From an uncultured delta proteobacterium (GTDB lineage Bacteria; Myxococcota_A; Polyangia; Polyangiales; Polyangiaceae): a DNA stretch of 32,000 bases. Within the stretch, counting starts at the first letter, position 1, and the number at the start of each line of letters is the position of its first letter. The notes beneath the pieces were generated by a model. That model had not been told where the DNA came from. It saw only the letters and a list, made by a program, of their open reading frames with translations, and made no database searches. Shown here piece by piece: positions 24,815 through 32,000 of the stretch. The stretch lies in contig CAWEUH010000037.1 of NCBI GenBank assembly GCA_963811985.1, forward strand, positions 46,686-78,685. The letters are read 5' to 3'. Made by a program: the position numbers and the translations under genes.

Positions 24815-26821
24815 CTACGGTGAACCAGGAAGGATGAACGCGGCGGACAGCTCACTCATGTCGCGACCATCCGGCCCTTTTAGCACGCCTGTGACTTGAC
24901 CAAACACGGTTATTGTCTGGCCAGCCTTAATGCCTGGTTGACTTGCCGTGACGATGCGCACAACCCCTTGAGGACCCGCATTGGGACCAAATTGCAGCAG
25001 GAGCCTAGTGACGGGAGGTCGTTCGGACAACTCGACGATTGTTCCCGTGAGCGCGACAAGCGAATTCGTGTTCGAATCGGTCGCGGACGTCGCCAATTCA
25101 TGCGGCACTTCTTTGTACAGTTTCTTCGCGTATACGTGAAGGTTGGCGAAGCGTGCGATGACTCGCTGGACCTTGCGTGGGGCATAACCTTTCTTTGCTG
25201 ACGTGATCCAAATCGTGAACTTTCCGACATCCTTAATGATCATGGAATGACAGAAGCGACCGCCGCTATCGACATCAATCTTCAAGCCTGCAACATCAAT
25301 TTGGGAGCCGGGTGCTGTCGTGCCGCACAGCTTGAAGTCTTCACGGTCCGTCATCAGCAGCGGTCCCGGCGTATCGACGGTGAGCGGCAATATGCCGATT
25401 CGCATGAGTACGGCACCCTGCACGACGCCAGCGGACGTGCGCGCTATGTAAGCGACGCGTCGTTCCAGGGGCTTCTCAATGGCTGACTGCCCCATGATAT
25501 CGCTTGCCACATCGACATCGAAGTGGCCATGGCCAGCGGTGTCATAGGTGGGAGTCTGCTTGTGAACCTCGACGGTTACATTGGGTGACTTGTCAACAAG
25601 TAGTCGCAACTTCGGAGTTGTCTCGTCGAGTGCGGACGTGTCGCCCGCAACGCGAAAATCCACTGGGACGTGCAGTTGAATACTCTCCGAGCGTGCGCCG
25701 CGACGTGACAACAATAGCTGCACGGAATTGTCACCCATTTTCAGCGGCTGCTTGAGGGGGATCGATGCATGATGATTGTCAAACAGAGTGGAACTGTCGC
25801 GCAGCGCGATGCTACTTCCGTCGTTGCAGTTGGTGCAGTCGATCTCCAAGTGATCTCGCCCCGACTCATCGGTTTTGATCTGAACGCTCAACTTCGGACT
25901 CGATTGCCACCACCAGAGTGCAACAACGCATGTGGTGGCCAAGACGGTTGCCGCAATCGCAAGCGTCAATGCTAAGTAGCGTCGACCACTGAATGCCATT
26001 GGAATCTCTGCGTGAGTAAGTTCCGGTTCAGGCTCCGGCGGTGGCGATTCCGGAGCGCTTTGCTGGGCCTGCGCGGCCTTGTCGACACCTGGATTTATGG
26101 GTGCAATTCCGGGTATCGCGACGCCAATCAATGTTTCTTTCTTGAACCTGTCAGGTAGTGGCGCTGCGGTTCCGGGAGTCGCGGAGTAGCCTGCTCCTAG
26201 CAATGTCCTTTTGGCCTCATTCACTGGAGCCATGGCTCCCGGCTTGTCGGGCGCCATACCCATCATCGTTTGGAAAGCAGCGGGTTCGGGCTTCGCTTCG
26301 GTCAAAACCGCGTCGGGCGCCATGCCCATCATCGTTTGGAAAGCGGCAGGTCCGGGCTTCGCTTCCGCCAAAACCGCGTCGGGCGCCATGCCCATTATCG
26401 TTTGGAAAGCAGCGGGTCCGGGCTTCGCTTCGGTCAAAGCCGCGTGGAGCGCCACGCACGCTATCGTTTCGGAAGCGGCAGCTCCAGGCTTCGCTTCCGC
26501 TGCAATGTGGTCGATTGCCAAGGGGCCTGGGCCGGGCTTTGTGATCGGGGCTGGGGGTTCTCCAGACTCGGGTTTGGGAACTATGAAGTCTCCGGGTGCC
26601 AGCCCGATCATCGTGCGCTTCATAAGTCCAGCTGGTAGGCCAGTAGGACCCGGCGGTTGAGCTGCATTGGGAGCACCGGTGTCAGATTCTTTGGGCTGAT
26701 TGACCGCCTGCTCACCACCAGCGGGAGTCTCTGGGCTCTTCGGAGCCAAGAGCATTCCGCAAACCACGCAGGACGCGCGTTCAGGGGGGTTGCTGACCCC
26801 ACATTTTGGGCAAAGGGGCAT
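24815..26821 (-). CDS. Zinc-ribbon protein with repeated T(M/L)(I/M)G(M/L)AP motifs, one TM helix and a large extracytoplasmic domain
   Basis: The start is ATG 26821 (MPLCPKCG...CVVCG), with ATG 26839 as an alternative. There are four 22-aa repeats of [22 protein letters not shown]. The TM helix is [24 protein letters not shown]. About 370 aa of non-repetitive C-terminal domain follow. The upstream part of the 909-aa ORF is antisense to hisF and was discarded. Confidence 0.75.
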   Translation of the reverse strand: MPLCPKCGVSNPPERASCVVCGMLLAPKSPETPAGGEQAVNQPKESDTGAPNAAQPPGPTGLPAGLMKRTMIGLAPGDFIVPKPESGEPPAPITKPGPGPLAIDHIAAEAKPGAAASETIACVALHAALTEAKPGPAAFQTIMGMAPDAVLAEAKPGPAAFQTMMGMAPDAVLTEAKPEPAAFQTMMGMAPDKPGAMAPVNEAKRTLLGAGYSATPGTAAPLPDRFKKETLIGVAIPGIAPINPGVDKAAQAQQSAPESPPPEPEPELTHAEIPMAFSGRRYLALTLAIAATVLATTCVVALWWWQSSPKLSVQIKTDESGRDHLEIDCTNCNDGSSIALRDSSTLFDNHHASIPLKQPLKMGDNSVQLLLSRRGARSESIQLHVPVDFRVAGDTSALDETTPKLRLLVDKSPNVTVEVHKQTPTYDTAGHGHFDVDVASDIMGQSAIEKPLERRVAYIARTSAGVVQGAVLMRIGILPLTVDTPGPLLMTDREDFKLCGTTAPGSQIDVAGLKIDVDSGGRFCHSMIIKDVGKFTIWITSAKKGYAPRKVQRVIARFANLHVYAKKLYKEVPHELATSATDSNTNSLVALTGTIVELSERPPVTRLLLQFGPNAGPQGVVRIVTASQPGIKAGQTITVFGQVTGVLKGPDGRDMSELSAAFILPGSP
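26230..26500 (-). repeat. In-frame tandem repeat, four copies of 66 nt, inside the zinc-ribbon protein gene
   Basis: The (c)atcatcgtttggaaagc anchor recurs at 26261, 26327, 26393 and in degenerate form at 26459, which is exactly 66-nt spacing. The boundaries are approximate. Confidence 0.9.
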
Positions 26822-26914
26822 TGGGCGCCAACTATACATTGGCGCCGAGGTCGGTGCCCTCAAATTGCAGGGTCCTTGGCCCAACGCTGCGGGTTTGTGT
26901 ATTCGGGTCTTAAA

Positions 26915-27685
26915 ATGCTCGCCAAACGTATCATACCCTGCCTGGACGTGCGTGGCGGGCGTGTCGTCAAGGGGGTCAATTTCGTGAATATTCGTGACGC
27001 CGGGGACCCGGTGGAATGCGCTCGGCAATACGACGCGGCGGGCGCCGACGAGATCACGTTTCTGGACATCACGGCGTCTCACGAATCGCGCGGCATCATC
27101 CTCGATGTGGTGCGGCGTACGGCCGATGTCGTATTTGCTCCGCTTACCGTCGGCGGCGGAGTACGCAGTCCTGAGGACGTGCGAGCCCTGCTGCTGGCCG
27201 GTGCTGACAAGGTGAGTGTCAATAGTGCCGCGGTACAAAGGCCTGAGCTGATTTCCGAAGTGAAAGATGCTTGGGGTTCTCAAGTCTTGGTCCTTGCCGT
27301 GGATGCGAAGCGAGTGCAAGGAAATGGTTGGGAAGTATTCACACATGGCGGACGAAAACCCGCGGGTATTGATGCGATTGAGTGGTGCAAGAAGGGGGCT
27401 GCGTTGGGCGCAGGAGAGATCCTGCTCACCAGCATGGATCGGGATGGCACTTTGTCTGGATACGATATTGAATTGCTGCGCATTGTGGCCGACGCGGTGC
27501 CGATCCCCGTAGTCGCATCGGGTGGGGTTGGCACGCTCGAACACATGCGCGAGGGTCTAGCGGAAGGCGGGGCCAATGCGGCGCTCGCCGCATCCATTTT
27601 TCACGACGGGACGTACACAATACGCGAAGCAAAGGAATATCTTCGCAAGAACGGCGTGTGCGTCAGAGAAGGAGGACACCCTTGA
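26915..27685 (+). CDS. hisF: Imidazole glycerol phosphate synthase cyclase subunit
   Basis: The product is [23 protein letters not shown]...[11 protein letters not shown]...LTVGGGV...[11 protein letters not shown]...SMDRDGT..GYD...ASGG.G. It is 256 aa. No other his genes are in the window. Confidence 0.93.
   Translation: MLAKRIIPCLDVRGGRVVKGVNFVNIRDAGDPVECARQYDAAGADEITFLDITASHESRGIILDVVRRTADVVFAPLTVGGGVRSPEDVRALLLAGADKVSVNSAAVQRPELISEVKDAWGSQVLVLAVDAKRVQGNGWEVFTHGGRKPAGIDAIEWCKKGAALGAGEILLTSMDRDGTLSGYDIELLRIVADAVPIPVVASGGVGTLEHMREGLAEGGANAALAASIFHDGTYTIREAKEYLRKNGVCVREGGHP
27669..27675 (+). promoter_or_regulatory. Shine-Dalgarno sequence AAGGAGG inside the hisF 3' end, serving the downstream TTG 27682
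   Basis: A perfect AAGGAGG lies 6 nt upstream of TTG 27682. That TTG overlaps the hisF TGA (27683-27685) as TTGA. Confidence 0.6.
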
Positions 27686-28773
27686 ACGGCGTGACTGTTG
27701 CGCAGACCGTTGTCGTTTCAGAGCAGCGGCATGCAGCGCTGCCAGCAGAATTGGCGGGCTCGTTGGTACTGGCGGCGGCTGACGCGTTGGCGTCGCTTTC
27801 AATGCGCGTGGGGCCCCAGGAATTGGTGCTACTCGAAGACGGAACCGTGCGCGTCTGCGGAGGCACGCCAGTGGACGAAACTTCCGCCGAGCGATCTCTG
27901 CGAAGCCTACTCGATCGAGTTCTACTCAGCGCATGCTCGGTGACCCCTGCGCTGCTGCGCGCCGCGCGCAGACCGTGCCATGGCTCTGTGTCGGATTTGG
28001 TACGCGAGTTGGAAGTGGCCCTGATCCCGACGAACCGCGGCGCGGCACGACGGGCACTGGCGCGGCTGTGTCGTGAGGTTACTCAGGCCATTCGGAGCTT
28101 CCCTCAGCTTCAGCAGGTTGCGGAAGCCTTACAGATGGGGGACTCGGCTCAGGTGATTCCGGAAGTGAAGCCATCGAATGCGCCCCCTGCCGTAGTCGTG
28201 AGCGAATCTATCGTTCCGGAGCCGTGGTTTGACGTATCTCCCGAATTCCCAGACTTGGCACCCGATGTCGAGTCCATCGAGGTCGTCATTCAAACCAGTG
28301 CTCCGGGCCCAGCCCTGGAGATCCCGGATCTCGAAGTACCCGTGGCAGTTCCGCAACCAGGCCCGTTGCAGCCCACACAATGGCAGCCCGTCGAGCACAC
28401 TCAAAAGCTGAGTTCCTCGTCCATCTTGACGCCCAAGCTGCGGAACAACGTTGCTGGCTGCAGTCGGGCGGTAAGGCCGGTTGTCAGCGATTCAAAGAAT
28501 CCGACACGACCGGTCGAGGTCGAGTGCATCGAACTGTCGGATGACGATCTGCACGAAGTTACGGCGGAATTGAAGATCAAGACGCCGGACACTTTGACAC
28601 CCCCATCAGCGCCATCTGCGGTTGACGGCCTGGGCGAGTATCAGACGGCTGAGCCTTTCTTGTTGGTTTTGCCGGCACTTGGACACGCGACACCGGTGAC
28701 TACGGACGGTGCTTGCATCGAGACGGCATCACCGACTGTTGAACGCCGCAACACTCGAACCCTGTCCCGGTGA
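27682..28773 (+). CDS. Hypothetical protein with a structured N-terminal ~150 aa and an acidic/Pro-rich disordered tail; possibly the 5' part of a longer frameshifted gene
   Basis: The ORF is open from 27658, and TTG 27682 has a perfect SD. The segment [43 protein letters not shown] is faintly reminiscent of the C-lobe tail of Ser/Thr kinases, but this is weak. I recognise no family. Confidence 0.5.
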   Translation: MNGVTVAQTVVVSEQRHAALPAELAGSLVLAAADALASLSMRVGPQELVLLEDGTVRVCGGTPVDETSAERSLRSLLDRVLLSACSVTPALLRAARRPCHGSVSDLVRELEVALIPTNRGAARRALARLCREVTQAIRSFPQLQQVAEALQMGDSAQVIPEVKPSNAPPAVVVSESIVPEPWFDVSPEFPDLAPDVESIEVVIQTSAPGPALEIPDLEVPVAVPQPGPLQPTQWQPVEHTQKLSSSSILTPKLRNNVAGCSRAVRPVVSDSKNPTRPVEVECIELSDDDLHEVTAELKIKTPDTLTPPSAPSAVDGLGEYQTAEPFLLVLPALGHATPVTTDGACIETASPTVERRNTRTLSR

Positions 28774-29539
28774 ATTCGAAGACACGGTTCTAGATGCCGT
28801 CACTCTCGTCGATGATGAACCCTTGTCGAAAAACCTCGAACCAATGCATGCTGAGATCGAGTCGGGTGAGAGTGACGCCGCTGCTACCGGCACGGCGGGG
28901 CCAGCCATGCTTGGGCCCCACGCGTATGTGGCTAAGGCGCGGTTCAATCGGAGCGTTGGCAATGTCATGGATCGCATCGAGAAGTTTTCTGTGGCGCGAT
29001 CCGAAAGCTCTGACGAATTGACCCGCGGACTGCGCAACTTGGCCGGTATTGAACCGGACTCGGCAGCGGAACTTTCGAAAACTCCGCCTCCGACGTCCTG
29101 CAATGCCGAACCGTTGGAATCAGGTCGCCCCGTCCCATCCGGGGCGTTTGTCAAGACACTGATTGGCCTTGGCGCCACGGGACTGTGCTTGGTTCTCAGT
29201 CAAGCGACGTGGGGTAGGGTGGCGACCGTTGCTGCGGCGGCCAATGCTGCGCCTCTCGCCCAGCCAGCGCTCATCTGTAGTGCGATTCTGACTATCACGG
29301 ACGTTCCACTCGGCACGAAGATTCACCTGACCCAGGCGGGTCCCAATCGGATATCGCAATTCCTTCGCGTAGACGTTCTGCCATTTCCCATTGACGGATT
29401 GGCATGCGGAGAACCGGCCGATTTGTTGGTCGAACTGTCCAACAAGGGGTGGTTTCGTATCCCCATTGAAGGTTGGCAGCTGACCCCCAGCGGAACCTCC
29501 AGACCTTTGCGAGTCGCCGAATACCTGAACAGAAGGTGA
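28709..29539 (+). CDS. Hypothetical membrane protein: acidic region, one TM helix and a ~100-aa C-terminal beta-rich domain; the start is uncertain
   Basis: The TM helix is FVKTLIGLGATGLCLVLSQATW. The C-terminus ILTITDVPLGTKIHL...GWFRIPIEG is loosely PEGA-like. Neither GTG 28709 nor ATG 28844 has an SD. The ORF overlaps the previous ORF by 65 nt in the +1 frame. Confidence 0.45.
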   Translation: MLASRRHHRLLNAATLEPCPGEFEDTVLDAVTLVDDEPLSKNLEPMHAEIESGESDAAATGTAGPAMLGPHAYVAKARFNRSVGNVMDRIEKFSVARSESSDELTRGLRNLAGIEPDSAAELSKTPPPTSCNAEPLESGRPVPSGAFVKTLIGLGATGLCLVLSQATWGRVATVAAAANAAPLAQPALICSAILTITDVPLGTKIHLTQAGPNRISQFLRVDVLPFPIDGLACGEPADLLVELSNKGWFRIPIEGWQLTPSGTSRPLRVAEYLNRR

Positions 29540-29670
29540 AGGCGGGTCAAACCTGTTGTCGGGCGCGCACTTCTGCATGACTAGTCCAAAGTTGCGAAGC
29601 TTGCGCTTTTGCGTGCTCTGACTGGCTAAAGTGCAGTAGATTGGCCGCAAAAGGAAGGTACCCCGCGTTC

Positions 29671-30085
29671 ATGCACGAACAGAACCTGGCAATTGTCAAG
29701 GGATTGGTGAGCGTTGCTTGGGCAGATGGCAAGTTGGCTGCCGAGGAATCTGAATTGATTGACGGGCTGCTGCAGGCGTTTGACGCAACAGCAAGCGAGG
29801 CACACGAAATACGCCGATTTGCCGAACGACCTCGCACGTTGGACGATGTGCCATTAACGGATCTGAGCGCGGAAGACAGGCGTCTACTGTTGCACTACGC
29901 GGTCCTCATAACGTTCGTCGAACCGAGAACAATCTGATTCGGAGCGTGACTTCTTGCAACGTCTTGTCGCCCGGCTGCGCCTTCCTGTCGAGGAAGCCGG
30001 TCGAATCATGCAGGCAGCAGAATCACAAGCAATGTCAATGCTCCATCTGCTGGACAAGCCTGGCGCATCGACGGGTCACGAATGA
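29671..30085 (+). pseudogene. TerB-family (tellurite-resistance TerB / DjlA N-terminal-like) protein, interrupted by a +1 frameshift near 29923 as assembled
   Basis: Frame 1 gives MHEQNLAIVKGLVSVAWADGKLAAEESELIDGLL...LLLHYAVLITFVE and then stops at 29935. Frame 2 continues from about 29924 as REQSDSERDFLQRLVARLRLPVEEAGRIMQAAESQAMSMLHLL to TGA 30083-30085. Deleting one C of the CC at 29923-29924 joins the two. Confidence 0.6.
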
Positions 30086-30108
30086 AGACCTAATGGGAGG
30101 GAGTCCCG

Positions 30109-30507
30109 CTAGGTCTTAGCCCGCATCAGTTCACGCAGCCGTTCGATTTCTTTCAGCAAAGCCAATGGGCTAAACGGCTTCGTATAGTACGCAGTCGCGC
30201 CGGCCTGCACTGCCCGGTTCTTCGATTCTTCATCGTCCAATGCGCTGATAACAACGACAGGAATCGCAGCGGTTGCGGATTCGCTCCGAATCCTCTTGCA
30301 CACCTCAAACCCATCGAACTGACCCGGCAGCATCAGATCGAGAAGAATGAGATCCGGCGGATCGGTGAGTGCTATGTCCAGTGCCTTGCTGCCGGTTCCA
30401 ACTGCTGTAACGCTGTAACCGCGCGCCTGCACCAACGCCTCGATCATCCGTCGAATCGAATCCTGATCTTCGACTACGAGAATCCTCACGCCTTGAGCAT
30501 AGCCCAA
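30109..30507 (-). CDS. Single-domain CheY-like response regulator
   Basis: The product is RILVVEDQD...LILLDLMLPG...VVVISAL...YYTKPF, with all phospho-acceptor pocket residues present. The start is TTG 30507 or GTG 30489. Confidence 0.88.
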   Translation of the reverse strand: MGYAQGVRILVVEDQDSIRRMIEALVQARGYSVTAVGTGSKALDIALTDPPDLILLDLMLPGQFDGFEVCKRIRSESATAAIPVVVISALDDEESKNRAVQAGATAYYTKPFSPLALLKEIERLRELMRAKT

Positions 30508-30594
30508 GCGGCTTGGTGCCTGCGCAAAATTCCCGCATGGAGTGAATCGATCACGCCTCCATCGTTACAGAGGCGCAGGTCGCCGAGAGTCCGC

Positions 30595-31965
30595 CTAAGC
30601 AACCCCTAGAAGAGTGACCAAGACTTCGGAACGCAGGCTTTCAGAAGTTCTCAGTTCCAGCTGCGCGCCAAGCTTCTCGGCGCACGCGCCTGCGATCAAC
30701 CACGCCAAACCGGCGGGACGTCCGAGCGACTGGGGATCGCCGATCCCCTTTTGAAGCGCCAGGAATGCGGACTCAGGAACGACGGTTCCCCCGTCCTCAA
30801 CGCTGATGACTACCTGATCCGTCGAGGCTTCAATTCTGACACGAACCGCTTGACCCGCAGGCGTGGCCAAGATCGCCTGCACAATTAGCGAGTGCAAAAG
30901 CAGATCAAGGTCAGGACCAATGGTGGTTGATATCGCGCTTTGCTCGGCCGATAATCCGATGTGCACGCCAACGCGCTCTGCGCGACTGAGCAGCTGGCCT
31001 ACGACTGATTTCAATTTGAGGCTAATGTCAACGTTCTCAAGAGTTGTTTGCGCGGCGCATTTGGCTATTCGATCCAAGTCCGAAAGCAGGTCCTGGGTTG
31101 AGGCAATTCGGCGCGTCAAGCCGACATTGGCGCTATGATTTTCGCCCAAGGCAGCTCCGATTTGCTTCGCATCCGCGCGCAGCCCCTCCACGATAGGACG
31201 AAGAACGCGACATATCGGCGTCGCGAGTTCTGCCAACGTGTCCAGCCGGTTGATGCTAGTGCGAACCGATTCGGGCGGCAGCGACGAATTCGTCTGGCCG
31301 CTGGCGAAAGCTTCCGCGAGTTCTCTCGCGTACACCGCTCCAAGCTGTTGTGCTTGCTCAAGCTCCCTGCGCAATTGCTCTATTTCTCGTTTTTCGCTGG
31401 CTCGATCGGCAGGCAAGATTAGCGATTGCTTGCCTCGCTCTAGCTCGACGCGCCCGCCTTGACGCAGCGCCATTCGGCTCAGCCAACGGAATTCCAAGTC
31501 GCGCCGAGGAGTTCCTTCGGGCCCCAGCTCGACACTGATGCGGATCCAATCGGCTTCACGCCTTATGGAGATTCCTGATGGGGCGCTTGAACCCAGCGCG
31601 CCAGGCTGTCCAAGAAGCACACCCAGCATTCTGCGCAAATCCGATTCAACGCCAAAGACTTCAGTCCCTGCGCCAGGCTCCAGAGATATTCGCGCCTCGG
31701 GAGCCAGGCCGAAGAGCAGAGCAGCGATATCGATGCGACCACGGCGGTCCTTGCCAGCCCGAGGACTGGCTTCGAGTTCGCCGAGCATTTCGATGGCACC
31801 GTCCAACGCATCCAGCATGGTTTCGACCGGCGGAGCTTCATCGACCGGTCGCTCTTGAGTCGATTTGAGCTGGGTCACTCCTTCGCGCAACGCTTGAGCA
31901 GTACCTCGAGCCTCTTGCATCAAGAGCCAGCCCAACTCTTGTCGTGTTAACCGATCATCGGACAC
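30595..31965 (-). CDS. Histidine-kinase-like protein with degenerate motifs: two GHKL-like halves around a coiled coil, and no H-box histidine
   Basis: The C-terminal half is LLLHSLIVQAILATPAGQAVRVRIEASTDQVVISVEDGG...GRPAGLAWLIAGACAEKLGAQLELRT and is HATPase_c-like but lacks the N-box Asn. The DHp-like helix reads LAELATPICRVL where HELRTPL is expected. The start is GTG 31965. Confidence 0.6.
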   Translation of the reverse strand: MSDDRLTRQELGWLLMQEARGTAQALREGVTQLKSTQERPVDEAPPVETMLDALDGAIEMLGELEASPRAGKDRRGRIDIAALLFGLAPEARISLEPGAGTEVFGVESDLRRMLGVLLGQPGALGSSAPSGISIRREADWIRISVELGPEGTPRRDLEFRWLSRMALRQGGRVELERGKQSLILPADRASEKREIEQLRRELEQAQQLGAVYARELAEAFASGQTNSSLPPESVRTSINRLDTLAELATPICRVLRPIVEGLRADAKQIGAALGENHSANVGLTRRIASTQDLLSDLDRIAKCAAQTTLENVDISLKLKSVVGQLLSRAERVGVHIGLSAEQSAISTTIGPDLDLLLHSLIVQAILATPAGQAVRVRIEASTDQVVISVEDGGTVVPESAFLALQKGIGDPQSLGRPAGLAWLIAGACAEKLGAQLELRTSESLRSEVLVTLLGVA

Positions 31966-32000
31966 GCCAGCAGCATGCCACGGCTCGGGGGTGATTTCCA

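Noticed and set aside
26822-27544. The N-terminal ~240 codons of the 909-aa minus-strand ORF
   Set aside because: This stretch is antisense to hisF and shows no protein-like features. The zinc-ribbon N-terminus MPLCPKCG at ATG 26821 is the sensible start, leaving a normal divergent spacer to hisF.

Overview
GC-rich bacterial chromosomal window. The domain architectures suggest Myxococcota: a ZnR-GYF-TM protein with an AgmX/GltJ-like C-terminus, several Pro/Ala-rich single-pass membrane proteins, an RpoH-like sigma factor and a PilT paralogue. This assignment is inference only. Content is mostly core metabolism and signalling. In order: pilT (5' partial), bioB, an FG-GAP repeat protein, a GT4 glycosyltransferase, DUF971, a GYF membrane protein, a CitE/HpcH-like lyase, clpS-clpA, korAB, a sigma-54 activator, queA-tgt, an MshEN-REC-TPR protein, a GltJ-like protein, RNase P RNA (rnpB), an RpoH-family sigma factor, erpA/iscA, a zinc-ribbon membrane protein, hisF, two hypotheticals, a TerB-like protein, a CheY-like regulator and a degenerate histidine-kinase-like protein. 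I saw no tRNA or rRNA genes, CRISPR array, transposase, integrase or recognisable defence or toxin genes, so I cannot point to a clear novel multi-gene system. Five things are not explained by ordinary annotation. (1) Intergenic tracts just after stop codons are built from phased hexamers (consensus GAATCN, i.e. GANTC sites spaced 1 nt apart). One tract has 17 consecutive NNCNGN units. (2) The FG-GAP ORF has a 5' end that is a fragment of a four-helix-bundle (23S rRNA IVS protein / Avd-like) gene fused in frame, preceded by a perfect 15-bp hairpin. (3) Three conserved genes (bioB, korA, TerB-like) each carry a +1 frameshift that removal of a single nucleotide repairs, and a fourth split is possible. 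This points to assembly indels or unusual pseudogenisation. (4) Two Pro-rich membrane proteins contain near-perfect in-frame tandem repeats. (5) A strongly Shine-Dalgarno-led small ORF is interrupted by an in-frame TGA.
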